Assembly (NCBI GenBank): GCA_051942205.1
Contig: JAVECO010000007.1
Span: 186,001-250,000 of the forward strand
Direction: 5' to 3'
Length of the DNA stretch: 64,000 nt
From: Coniocarpon cinnabarinum
Lineage: Eukaryota
Shown here one piece after another: positions 46,650 to 58,354 of the stretch. Each line of letters begins with the position of its first letter. Positions within the stretch are counted from its first letter, which is position 1. The notes under the pieces were generated by a model that saw only the letters and a list, made by a program, of their open reading frames with translations, did not search any database and was not told where the DNA came from. The translations under genes were made by a program, and so were the position numbers.

Positions 46650-48688
46650 ATGGGTATGCTAGCGATCGATTCGTCTTCCAATGCGCTGAGGCGCTGTTGT
46701 ACACGTCCAAGCAGGAGCTGTCCGGCTGACCATCACGCCTAGGGCCGAAATCCAAGAAACAAGTAATGTCCCTCGGGAACTTCCTGACTGACCAGTGTAT
46801 GCATCTGCCCCTGAAGCCGTGCACAGCAACAGAGCGAGGAGGCTGACTGAACCTTAGCAATGGGAAGCTGGGCGGATCAGATGGAGGATGAACCACTTCC
46901 ATGTATGTTGATCAAACCCCGCATTTCGGCATCCAGAGTAATGACTAACATTCGCATCCAGCATCCGGTGTGTTAAGTGAAACGAAACGAGCCACGCAAG
47001 CGCCCCCGAAATAGCGAAGCTAACAACTACGTACAAGGCCAGAAGAGCTATGAACGCCAATCAAGCTTTCAGTCCGGGCCACGCCCAGAACGAGACGGTC
47101 GGTTCTCCTGACGCAATGTGCTTACTACGCGGAGGACGGAAAATCTGACAGTGCTCACAGAACGAGGGTTCCACCGTGAACCACGACCGGAACTCCCATT
47201 ACCAACTGCACCACCGTACACCGCACATTTGGGCAATTTATCGTTCGATGTCACACAAGGGGATGTGGAGGATTTCTTTGCAGACTGTCAGGTCACCAGT
47301 GTGAGAATTGTCGAAGACAAAATTGACCGACGGCCCAAGGGGTTTGGATACGTGGAATTTGGTACGCTTGACGGGCTGAAGCAAGCTCTGACCAAGAACG
47401 GTGCCTCCTTTCAGAATCGATCTGTCAAGATCAGCGTGGCAGATCCACGTAAGTCACCAATGGCTGAATCCACAAGTCTTGCCATGCTGACTTTCAACCA
47501 GCCAAAGACAGAGTCGAGCAACGCTCGTTCGACGACTGGTCACGCAAAGGACCTCTTCCTGAGCTGCCCGGCAACAATCGCCGCGTCTCACAAGGTCCAC
47601 CCGGCAGAGGCTTCGACAACAGAAGTGATGCTGGATCAGAACGAGGAGGTGGTTTTGGCATGGAGAGAGGCGGCTCTCGACGTGGACCACTATCATTCGA
47701 GGGCGACGGGAAAAACCGAGATTTTGGCAACTGGGAACGTAAAGGCCCTCCAACACCCATTGATCATGCACCACCTTCCCGCGAGGGACGACCAAGCCGC
47801 GTCATGGACCGGAGCTTTGAACGACGACCGAGCCCGGCTGCACAGTGGGAAGGTAGGAGCCAAGACAGTGGAAGTCGGCCACGGCCGCCTCCACCAGAGA
47901 GACAACCTACCGCAGCTGAGATGGACAACCAATGGCGGGCGAGAATGAAGCCAGATGCTCCACCCGCATCCGACAAGCCCTCTGCGAGCCCAACGCCCGA
48001 AGCAAGCGCACCCACGAGTCCTGCTGCGGCACCCGCCACTCTGGCCACCAGACCGAAGTTAAACCTGCAAAAACGTACAGTCAGTGAGGTTCCAACCGAA
48101 ATTACGGTTTCATCCGGAGGCGATTCTCGGTCAAGCAGCATTTTTGGCGCCGCCAAACCGATCGACACTGCGTCAAAAGAAGCTGCCGTGGCCGAGAAGC
48201 GCGCTGCAGCGCGCAAGGCCAAAGAGGAGGAAGACAAGGCCCGAATGGAGAAGGAAAAGACCGAGAAAGCGGCACGAGTAGAAGAGAAGAAAGCTCGCCG
48301 TGAATCCGTCCCATCCACGCCCACTGGCGCTGCTCACCAGGAAAACGGCGCCAACGGCAAGGTCAAGGAGCAGCAAAACGGCGAGAAGAAAGAAGAGCGA
48401 GCACCGGGCGCACGCTACGAGATTTTGAGACGCAATGGTAACGAAGGAGAAGAGGAGAATGGTGACGCGACTAGCGGACAGATGGAGGACAACGCGGACG
48501 GCGAGATCATTGATGACAAGAACGTGAAGCCGAAAGAGGTGGTGCGTGACATGACGACTAACGAGCAGACGACACCCAGTGCTGAAGCCATGGAGGAGGA
48601 AGGCTGGAACACGGTTTCTGGCTCGAAGGACAAGCGCGGCCACCGCAAGAGAAATTCGATGGCTGCATCGCGAGCATTGGCGTCATGA
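46650..48688 (+). CDS. TIF3: Translation initiation factor eIF4B
   Basis: MGPKSKKQVMSLGNFLTDQSMGSWAD, RRM (PPYTAHLGNL, PKGFGYVEF), DWSRKGP/NWERKGP repeats, RPKLNLQKRT, SIFGAAKPIDT. Introns 46654-46742, 46797-46857, 46903-46961, 46968-47037, 47098-47160 and 47449-47501. Confidence 0.93.
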
Positions 48689-49378
48689 TAGTCGTTCTAT
48701 CGTGGTCTGAAATTTCAACCACACTCGAGGACTTGAATGCGCGGCGTACCGGTACACTAACAGCCTGGGCCATTGACAGCCTCATCCGAGTCCATCACAG
48801 ATCTGACAGCTTCAAAAGCAGCCACCAGCATTGCCTGCTCTTTTCCTCACTACTCAGTTTCGTATCCACTCTTGTTCGCCGAGCGCGCCATGAGAGCGTC
48901 GCTGATCTCTTGTTTTTTGTCTGGAGTCTAGGAAGCGGCGACTGGTGATGGGTGGTGGGAATGGCTGTCTCCGTCTCTGTTCCTGCATATCCTCGGGTGG
49001 CATCGGTGGGCTTGGGTGATGTAGCGGGCCCTTCAAAATGGAATCGAACACTTTTCTCCCTCTGAGTTGATGTCTTTGATTGTCTTGATCATGGTCTCGG
49101 CGTCTTTCGTCTTCCTCTTTTCTTCCACGTGAGTGCATCATTGCGAAGAGTGCGGTAAAAATCGCATTTCACTCGTTTTTGCATCTCTAAGAAATTTATT
49201 CTTACATTGCGCCTCCTTACATTTCCCTTTCTGTGCACGTCCTTGGAGACTTCGTATTGCGTCAGTGACATTGCCCCGGCGCTAACATTTCCTAAAATTC
49301 GTCGCACAACTTTCTCACTAGTCAGTCACAATAACACGTTCCAGCGCACTAGCTAGATCATGCAACTTGAAATCTAGC

Positions 49379-49696
49379 ATGTCCGAAACACAGCCCTTCA
49401 CTATCCCAGTAGTAGCTATCCTCCCTCGTATCCAGGACCTTTCCCTCAGAAGAGTACACCGCACTCTCTTCGATGCCAGGACATTGACGCCACAACGTGA
49501 AGCATTAGATGTCGTATGTCCATTGAGAACCATCTCAAAATCGTATTTTCAGTTTTATTTACCGGTTATCGAGGGTGAATATGGGCAAAACACATGACAA
49601 GTTGTACGGTTGCGTTGCTTGATTAGCATTGTGGACTCCAGCTTCTAACTGTTCTAGCTGAATGAAATTTCGCTTGTTTCGAACTTACTTCTTTGA
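49379..49696 (+). other. Candidate spliced small ORF (57 aa) or spliced non-coding transcript
   Basis: ATG 49379, GTATGT donor at 49514, CTAAC...TAG acceptor at 49657, stop at 49696. No recognisable homology. Confidence 0.25.
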
Positions 49697-49803
49697 GTCA
49701 GGAATGATTCAAGCGATAATCTGGCTTGACTTTGCTCTGCGAAGGAGATAAGCGATACGTATATAATAATCAATTCACTATGCGTGATTAAAGCTGACTT
49801 GAC

Positions 49804-49827
49804 ATTTCAATTTCAATTTCAATTTCA
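49804..49827. repeat. (ATTTCA)4 microsatellite
   Basis: Four exact copies in an AT-rich intergenic stretch. Confidence 0.85.
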
Positions 49828-50516
49828 TTAAAGTAAAATGACAGTACTGCACGGTGATGACGTGTATACTGACAGTGACCGAGTAAAATGATAAAAGCAA
49901 AGCATTTGAAATGACAGACACAGTAACAAAAGCAAAATAAGTTGACAGTAGCACAGATTTGTTACCACGTTAAGATACAATGACCTCCAATAGCAACGAC
50001 ATTTGCTCCAAAAAAAACTCCAAAAATATGCACAGGGAAAAGAAGCTGAGGAATAACAAGCCGATACGCGAAATGTGGTGTCAGTGATTCCACGCAATGG
50101 AGTGTAGTTTCATGCATTTGCATCGCGGTTTCTACCTAGCTGAGAGGGGACCGATGAAAAATGAGCGAAAACGAAGTCTGATGAGAGAATATTCGAGTAT
50201 ACAGAGACATATTAGGGATTTAAAGGTAGATGGCGGAACGTACGGGGCCTTCGAGGGGCTGAGAAGGGCAGGGAAAGGGGGGAAGTTTACACTGTTGCTT
50301 CTTTGAATTCGTGCAGAGGTGCTCAACGTGTATGACATTGCGAGGGAGCGCGTGGAAGAGGGAGAAACCTGAAAGCGAGACAAGGGCGTCCAAAAGCAGG
50401 TCTATTCGATATGCGATGTCGCATCTTCTCTATGGGTATCACAGTCCCTCTCTTTTCTTTCCCTTCCTTTTTCCCTTCAGTCCAAACCATGCAAATGTCT
50501 ACTACCTTCCACATCA

Positions 50517-51935
50517 TCACCGTCTCTCCGCTCCGCCATCATCCCAGGTTCCCTGCTCCGGCCTCGCACTCCTTCTCACCTTCTCAACCCCATCTCCCTC
50601 ACTCTCCCAATTTACCACCACGAAACCCGCGACGATCACCACCGCACCCACCCAAATCCCCCAACTAGCATACTGCCCATTCAACACCACTTGTCCCAGC
50701 AAACTCAGCGGGATTGTAAGCGCCAGCCCCATCGTCACAACGAGGGGACTCGTCAACAACACGGCGTAAGCCCAGCACATGTCGCTGACGAGAGAGATGA
50801 CCGCGCCGAAAAACACGATCCAGAAGGCTTTGGCGTTGGGGGGGAGGGCGAGGGTCTCGACGCCTGCGAGGGAGAGGATGGGTAAGCCGGGCCAGAAGAC
50901 GAGGATGGAGATGAGGCCGAGGAAGCCGAAGAAGAGGGGCATGTGGATCCGGCCCGTGGATTCGTCCGCGCCGACCGTGCGTGTTAAGATTGTGGCGTAG
51001 AGACCGTAAACGAGCGCTGATGCTAATGCCATAGCGTCGCCCAGCACAATCTCAGCGGGTGTCTTGAAGGGAAAGTCACCGCGATCGGCATCGTCGAGTT
51101 CCTTGCGGCGTGTATCAATTAGAGAAATCAACACCACGCCCGCCAGAGACGCAAGAACACCCAACATCTTCTTGAGCGTGAACGCTTCGATTTTCATGAA
51201 CGCGCCGAAGATAAGAGTAAAAACGCTGCTGGTGGAGACGAGGATCGTAGATGAAGCCACAGAGGTGTAAGAATAGGACGCAGAGTTGAACCAGTTGGCG
51301 AGGAACCAAAGTGGCGCGAAGCGAAGGGCGAGATTGAAGGTTGCGCGAGTGGAGAGGCGGTCGTCTGGGGGTTCGGAGGGGTTAGCGGAGGGGACGCGGC
51401 GGTGGCGGGACACAGATGTGTCGATTCGAAGAGGTCCGGTGGGGGAACGGTTTCGTCGGGGTGTGTTGTATTGAGTAGCTGCTCTGGAAGGGGAGAGGAA
51501 ACGCGTATCGGCGTCGTCGTCCGAGGCGAGGTCATTGGAGGCATGTTTGGTAGAGGAGCTTTCTTCGTGAGACGACAAAGGTCGGTATGCGGTTTTATCG
51601 GAGGACTCGGTGGAAGCGGGGTAAAACCACGATAGTAGTGGTATTCGCAGCGTTCTATGTGAGTATGCGTGTCTGATGTAGATGGGAAGGAGGGGGATCG
51701 CGAAGAACGCGGTGTTGACATAGGTCATGAGGTATGGCTTCGAGTATTCGCCGTTGGCGAAGATGCTGCTGGTCATAAAGCCCGAGGCGGTCCAGAGAAT
51801 GATGTTGACGGCGAGGAGCAGCAGGCCCATGGCACGCCGCCATCGTGTATTGACTGGCGGAACGGCTGTCGCGGAGGACTCGGGCGTCCACGAATAGGCG
51901 GAGGCAATTCGCGGGGAGTGTGGTGAGCGAGGCAT
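50517..51935 (-). CDS. EamA/DMT-family transporter, SLC35F5 / yeast YML018C-THI74-like
   Basis: YSKPYLMTYVNT, LWFLANWF, TSVASSTILVSTSSVFTL, SDMCWAYAVLLTSPLVVTMGLALTIPLSL; about 10 TM helices. Confidence 0.88.
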   Translation of the reverse strand: MPRSPHSPRIASAYSWTPESSATAVPPVNTRWRRAMGLLLLAVNIILWTASGFMTSSIFANGEYSKPYLMTYVNTAFFAIPLLPIYIRHAYSHRTLRIPLLSWFYPASTESSDKTAYRPLSSHEESSSTKHASNDLASDDDADTRFLSPSRAATQYNTPRRNRSPTGPLRIDTSVSRHRRVPSANPSEPPDDRLSTRATFNLALRFAPLWFLANWFNSASYSYTSVASSTILVSTSSVFTLIFGAFMKIEAFTLKKMLGVLASLAGVVLISLIDTRRKELDDADRGDFPFKTPAEIVLGDAMALASALVYGLYATILTRTVGADESTGRIHMPLFFGFLGLISILVFWPGLPILSLAGVETLALPPNAKAFWIVFFGAVISLVSDMCWAYAVLLTSPLVVTMGLALTIPLSLLGQVVLNGQYASWGIWVGAVVIVAGFVVVNWESEGDGVEKVRRSARPEQGTWDDGGAERR

Positions 51936-52432
51936 GGAGGGCAACGGTTGCGGGTCTTGTGGAAGCGGGCGGGCTTATGAGGAGCGTGGGTCATGGAAGA
52001 CAAGGAGACTGGTGTGCAGCCACATCGTTCACGAGGACTGAGCGACAGGTATAGCAGCTTTGAATGAATGTGATGGAAGTCCCGTGAATGGTTTGAGGTA
52101 GGAGAATGAAAGGGGGTCTGCTGCATGTTGGGTCGGCTTGGCACCAGCCCGTCGTTTCGTTTCGCAGTTGGCCACAAAACATTAAAAGCATCTTTTCTCG
52201 AAGTGATGAATGCTTTCAGACTCAGCAATTTCCAACGAGATGGTCCTTTATCATTACTTAACCTCAGATAGCACATACACAGGATATCACGTAGTATTGA
52301 TGTATGCCTTGACCCCGCCAAAACGCCTTGGCTCTAATGCGTGTGATCAAAGACGCTGCCCAATACCTCCATTTCCTAACCATGCGAGAGAAAACAAAAC
52401 CAATCGCACTCGTTTACGGCCCGCTCCCATTG

Positions 52433-53295
52433 CTAGCACGCGCATCCTTGCTGGTCATCGTTCTGGTTCAGAGGTATCGTAGGTGGGAATGGGTCACCAT
52501 AATCTGTATTGTCTTCTTGGTTGAGAGCTTGCCGCGCGATTGCTATATTGTGTCAGCATTGATTATGATGACGAGCGACCGAGGCTGATGATTAGTTCAT
52601 ACTTTCGAATGCTGACTCGACGTTCTGTGCTTCTTTCGCGCTCGTCTCGAAGTAGGGCATGCTGCCCTTTTCCTCGCAGAACTTTGCCGCAGTGTCCTGC
52701 CTGATCTGTATACAGAGTCAGCAATACAGCGTGACAGCCAAGTGACGGGTTGACCTGCCACCCGCTTGTCTTGCTCAGCATCGATCTTGTTTCCCAGGAC
52801 CACCTATTCCCAACGTCAGAACATTGTATGCCAACCTCTAGCACTCTTGCGACACTCACGAATGGAAAGTTGTCCGGGTTGGCGGGGTTTGCTTGTATCA
52901 AGAACTCGTCTCTCCAACTTTCCAGCGTCTCAAAGCTTTTCTTGTTGGTTACGTCGAAGCATAGCACACAGCAATCTGCTCCTCTGTAAAATGCGACTCC
53001 TAGTGACTGAAAACGTTCTTGGCCGGCCGTATCCCAAATCTGCATCGTCACCACCCGGTCGTCTATCACAATCTCTTTCGTGAGGAAGTCTGCTCCGATC
53101 GTGGCTTTATAGGAAGCGCTGAACTTCTTGTTGACCTGTGACAAGCAGAGCCCGGTCAGCAAGGGCTCCAGCAAAGCGACAACTTGCAGAGCACAGGTGC
53201 GTAGAACGAACATATTGGTTCATCAAGCTGGTCTTGCCCACCCCGCTGTCGCCTAGGATGATAACCTTGAGAAGCGCTTTCCCTTTTTTCGACAT
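52433..53295 (-). CDS. YPT7: Rab7 GTPase
   Basis: [37 protein letters not shown]-terminal CAC prenylation site. Introns 53136-53211, 52804-52859, 52706-52758 (GC-AG) and 52543-52602. Confidence 0.95.
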
Positions 53296-53826
53296 ATTGG
53301 GTAGCTGTCTTAAAGTTTTCAGGCACTGTTTCTCAGGTAAAGTCCTCTGAAATGGTTATGAGAAGCTGCAGCTCAGGGCTCGGTACCTGGTATCTTCAAG
53401 GTCACTGGGAGGCGGTCATGCGTCATGAGAGTGCGGCAACCATTCCGCCTCCTGCCCTCGCTAATGTCGCAAGCGCGCGTCTAACAGTTATACCTCTTTG
53501 ACAATGGAGAGTCAAGCCAAAGACTCCACCTCGAGGCAGTGCAGACACACCCTGAACGGTAGAACTCGGGGAGCATCTCAGGGAAGTCTTACTTCGATAT
53601 AGCATTCCTGCAATTATGAATATTGTTAAAATCACATGCGGTGGGGATCCACTCGCAGCGGCGTATAATTTTTAATACAAGTAGCTCTATATAGCGAATG
53701 TGTTTGTCTTCATTCGCTTCTGACTAAGGAGACGTTCACTGCGTGCAGGATTTCGTCATTCCATCCGTTTGCGCGTCCCAACAATGGTACCAAGCCCGAC
53801 GCCTTACTCCTTGCCCATCAACACCA

Positions 53827-54951
53827 TCATTTTCTTCCCGAATCTTGTTGCAGCATATGCGGCGCCTCGAGCTCTGTGATCTCGTTATTCCCCAATTCGG
53901 CCGTTGGTTGTGGCGAAGAAGCATTTGGGAAGTAGGTCGCGCCCATGCTCGGATTTGATTGTTGAGGCGGTGTCAGGGGGGTGGACGCCGGGTACACATT
54001 CCCAGTCGATGGACCGTGTCTATGAGCCGACTCATCTGGCCCTTTCTCTGCCCAGGCTCGCGTGGCTCCGGCCTCAGAGGACCCTCCCCAGGTGCCAGTG
54101 CTGCTTTCGGCAGCCCACGCTGCCGTGCGTTCGCGGTTCGATCCACCCACCATAGACTGACCCGCGGTGGTGGAGCTCTGTCCACGACGATGACCCAGTA
54201 GCCAGAACACTGCAGCCAGAAGACCAATGAAGGCGACAGCAGCCACCACAATGCCGGCGATGGCGCCCCCGCTAAGCTTCGACCCGCCAGAGTGCGTGGC
54301 AGCAGCTGTCGCCGTCGTCGTGGCGGTAGCAGTGGCAACACCAGTTGGAGTAGCCGTGAGCAAACTCGGATTAGCTGTTAGTTGCGGGCGCGTTTCGCTG
54401 CCTTCGTCCGGGAATGGCTGTCCGGGGACAAGCATATACGGCGCTTTTAAGGCCTCGTCATATTGATCTTGAAGAGAGACTGATGCGTTGGGATTGATGA
54501 CGCCAACCATGCCCTGTGGTGTACAGCTCCCGATAGCCGTGCAATAGTAGAAGATGGGCTCGGTGTCGTTGACAGTCAGATTCCATTGGGGTGGCTGTGT
54601 CTGGTCAGCTAGTCACATCATTTCGGAGGCGCGGCAGCTGCATACATCTGAGAGACTTTGGGTTAAGAAATTGGGCGATGCAAAGCCCTCGACGTCAGGC
54701 TCCGAGTTCTCAATCGGGATGCAGGGAAGTCCGTAAGCAGCTCGGACGACGGAGTGATTCGTGGGGAAGAAATTGAAGGTTATGATATCGCCAGGTTCCG
54801 CGAGCGTTGTGTTTGGATCGAAGCGGAAGTCTCCTCTCCCTACGTTGACAGTGTGGATGGTAGGTGGCGCACTGCTGGTGGGTGTGGATTGCGCATGTGC
54901 CACAGAAAGGGCACACAGCAGCCCCACCAGAATAGCTGACAAGTCAAACAT
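53827..54951 (-). CDS. Type I membrane protein with extracellular cupredoxin-like domain (fungal 'extracellular serine-rich' family)
   Basis: Signal peptide, FDPN...GDIITFNFFPTNHSVVR, intron ~54595-54645, PIFYYC...SC...GMVGVIN, Thr/Ala stalk, TM GAIAGIVVAAVAFIGLLAAVFWLL, cytosolic tail with AEL/TEL motifs. Confidence 0.85.
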
Positions 54952-56577
54952 TCTGAGCAGGGGCTGGGAAGGGTGACGAGTGACGAAGGAGCTCGTCAGT
55001 GGCCTCGAAATGAATACAAGGTCATGCAGCGCACACCACGGCCTGGCGACACTGAAGTCGAGAAAAGAGACCTGAGTTGGGAGGGAGAGTGTGAAGAGGA
55101 CAGCAAACGAGAAGGTCTTACGGCGGAGCGAGCGAGCTCCGGGGGCGACGGCAGAGGGGCAAATAATACCATACAGTTGGTCCGCACGTGGGATAGCTGT
55201 CGTTGTTTGTCGTGCCCGTGGTGTTGAAAGTCCTTTTCGCTGCCAGTAGCCTCTGGGCGCTCGACTGTCTTACCGGCCGCTTTATCGCTTCCGCCTAACG
55301 GTGGCAGTGGCCAACCCATGTCTTGGTCCTCTCAGTTCTAAGTTCGTGCCAAGCTGGCTCTCGCGTGGTAGCGACTAGCACGCTGTTCTGACCAAGTGCC
55401 CAGCACAAGCCGAGCTTGTTGAGGGGAGACCTTAACGAGCAGGCATGATATTTCTGGGAGCACGCTGCTGTGCGCACACTGTGCCACCCGCAAGGCTAGC
55501 ACCAGATGCCAGGTTTGGAGAGGGCAGATTGCCAGACACGCATGGACCCGACCGCCGAGTGCTTCCCTCGCATATGCAAGCGGTCAGATTGCAGCAGTGC
55601 GGCGTACCACCCACCCCAAGTGCCGCCTTGCACAGAACGCTCTGGGGTCGTAGTGTGCTGCCAGCCGACGCACTGACAAACGCTGTCACCGCAGCCGGTG
55701 CGATCAGCGCGGGAGACGGCTGACCTGGCCGCCGTTTGTGGGCGTGGTGGAAGAATGAAGTCGCATCTGGCGTGCTCGGCGGAGGTCAGATGTGCAGATG
55801 TGCAGCAACCCCTCGGACGAGCTAAAAATACGGCCTTGCGGATCGGCCTAATGCATCATCTCCCGTCCGCGCTGTCCGCTTTGGGATTCGTTTCTCGCAC
55901 GGGCCTTATTGTGACTTTCTAGAACCGTGCAGAGTCTGTGCCCCGGCTGCATCCTCCGCTTGACGTGCGGAGCTACAGTATATACTCGGACGACGGACTG
56001 CATGCAATGCAATCCTGTCAGGCAGATCAACAGTTTGGCCCTCGTCCGCACGTCCGCATCCCGCCCTTGAAAAAGACGACTACCTGGCCAATCATCGTCT
56101 GATCAGCTGTGGCCACCTACCAGAATCGAGCAGATAGCATGCAAGTCAGCGTTGTAAGATTACGAGAACCCTGTCATACTCAAAGTGGGGCATTTTCATC
56201 GGCAATGCATGGTCTAAATGACTAGCGCGAGCCTCACGGACAACCAAAATTCAGCTTGCTGCTTACCAGTGCGGAATTCCAGGTTGATGATGCTCATTGC
56301 TTGGGAGCCTACGATGCTTACAGCCTGCCCAGCTCTCAGGACCCTGAGACGTTCGCTAGACCCATGCTCCATAGTCATGCATTCACAAAAGAAATCGTTA
56401 CTCATGCCCTCTCTCGACGCCTTGCGAGCCTTCGTCTACAGATGCAAAAGGTGTTCGCTGTTGTCTTGTCATCTTCCCGCAGGCTTGATGTTCAGTTGGG
56501 CGTTGATAGCCCCATTTGGGCAAATGTCGACATTTCAGAGCGTACGCGTGGGGTGAATGACTTGTTGGCTATCTCTT

Positions 56578-57513
56578 CTAGGAGGCCACCCCAGCTTCTG
56601 TCGAAGATCCATTCACAGGTTGCGGCGATTCCGAGATGCTTGATTCTTGAATGATCTTGGCAATATTTTGGACCTCTTCGTCCATTTGCTCCTTTGACTT
56701 CATTCTTTCATGCCTGACCAGCGGTTTGTCGACGGGCTGCTGTGGTTGCTTGCTCTCTTGATTCTTCTTTGCAGCCATGGCGTCGAAGCCGTCATGATCA
56801 GAGTGCTTCTTGTAGTAGTAGCTGCCCTCCTTCGGCTTCAAGTGATCGGGCATGTTGAGAACAACAGTTTCTGCTATCCGCTGCACGCCCTCTGCGTGGT
56901 CGCCGTCACGGTTCCACACTGTGATCAGTACACTCGCGTATCGTGGTCGAAAGCTCACTCCACAGATGTCATCTTTAAATGTGGTTCGCTCACTCCGTAC
57001 AGCTTCTTGCAATGATTCGCCGATAGCTAGGCAGCAGATCTCTCTCCAAAAGTCAATCGCGGCAGCTTTGGGGACCCTGAAAGTCCACGCGCCACCTCGC
57101 ATATTCCGTGGATCCTCCCAAAGAGGCTTGACAGTCGCGTGAAAGAGATGGACTGACGAGCGCTGAGGGAGTGCCGCAAAGTCGAAGTTGTTATATAGCG
57201 ACCAAAAGCCCCGAATGTCAGACAAGCTCATAAGATTGGTCAAACGGGGCGCAAACTGTTCTTCACTCTGTGGAGCAGGCGTAGACAAAGCACCAGATTG
57301 ACTGGTCGGAGGTGAAGTGACGTGACCAGACGTGGCGGGCTTTTCATGCCAGAAGTCCCACGTATGTACTAGTGGATGTCGTAGCTTCGTCTGCAAGAAG
57401 TTCCGCATCTCTCTTCCCCGAGCGGGTGACTCGGTTGCGCTGAGGGCATTCTCGCTCACTGGGGGAAGGTTGGTGGTTTGCAGTGGCAATTTAGGACGAC
57501 CATCAAGTGCCAT
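56578..57513 (-). CDS. eIF4E-family cap-binding protein, non-canonical paralog
   Basis: HPLVHTWDFW, FWSLYNN, HLFHATVKPLWEDPRNMRGGAW, AIGE, DICGVS, VWNRD, YKKH. Confidence 0.9.
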   Translation of the reverse strand: MALDGRPKLPLQTTNLPPVSENALSATESPARGREMRNFLQTKLRHPLVHTWDFWHEKPATSGHVTSPPTSQSGALSTPAPQSEEQFAPRLTNLMSLSDIRGFWSLYNNFDFAALPQRSSVHLFHATVKPLWEDPRNMRGGAWTFRVPKAAAIDFWREICCLAIGESLQEAVRSERTTFKDDICGVSFRPRYASVLITVWNRDGDHAEGVQRIAETVVLNMPDHLKPKEGSYYYKKHSDHDGFDAMAAKKNQESKQPQQPVDKPLVRHERMKSKEQMDEEVQNIAKIIQESSISESPQPVNGSSTEAGVAS

Positions 57514-58354
57514 GTTGTGAGAAGACGCGAAGATATTGACAGAAGATATTGAGGAATACGCAGAATTTTAAAAGAGTCCGCGAGACGTGAATGTCGAAGT
57601 GAGAGGGAATGGGGGTGAAGTAGGTAGAACAGCTTGGGAACTAAAAAGGGAATCTGCGTAACTCTCGCGACATGTGACAGAGGTTGAGGTGAATATGTGA
57701 AAATGCGAGCGTGCAACTTGTGTTGACCTGCAACAATTGCAAGTGTAAGACCTGTTTTTTGTTAAAGATGATCAAAGCAAGCTTGAGACATTCAAGCTGT
57801 CCACTGCTTGGTCGGGCGCTAAACACCGCACGGGCCACTTGCCTTGACTCATTATCACGGGGTTTCCAAAGCGCAGCAATTTTGTGCCTGCCCAACCCAA
57901 CTCTGTTCCCAGCGACACACATGTACATTATCCCACCCCAGTATAAGCATGTCCAACCAATTCATGACTCGAATTTGTAAGAGTATATTCCTCAAATGAG
58001 CTTTCGCTTCTACCTATGCTAGAGCTTTCCATCGATGCAAAACTACCAAGATGGAAAGTGTGGACAGGGAAGCAAGATTATTACTAAAGCTCCTACTTGA
58101 TAGGAGCTGCTCGCCATCAAAGTCGACCTGAGGTATCCCGAAGAAGTGTCGACAGAGCGGCGTGCTACAGGTCTAGCGGACGACGCAAAACGCATGGGCA
58201 AGCAACTTCTCAATCGGCATGCTGCTATGGTTGAGCCTCGCGTCAGGCTCACACAAAAGCATTTTGCCATTGATCTGTTTCCCTACCAACGCCTTCGCTG
58301 AAAAATACAGGCACGCCACATGCACATGCAAATTTGCAAGCATCCCTGGTGTTA

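Noticed and set aside
54996..56654. Short ORFs upstream of the cupredoxin-like gene
   Set aside because: No recognisable motifs or consistent splice structure; more likely promoter and UTR.
46650..57513. eIF4B and eIF4E-like genes as a translation cluster (also RAV1/YPT7 as a vacuole cluster)
   Set aside because: Separated by unrelated genes; no evidence beyond proximity.
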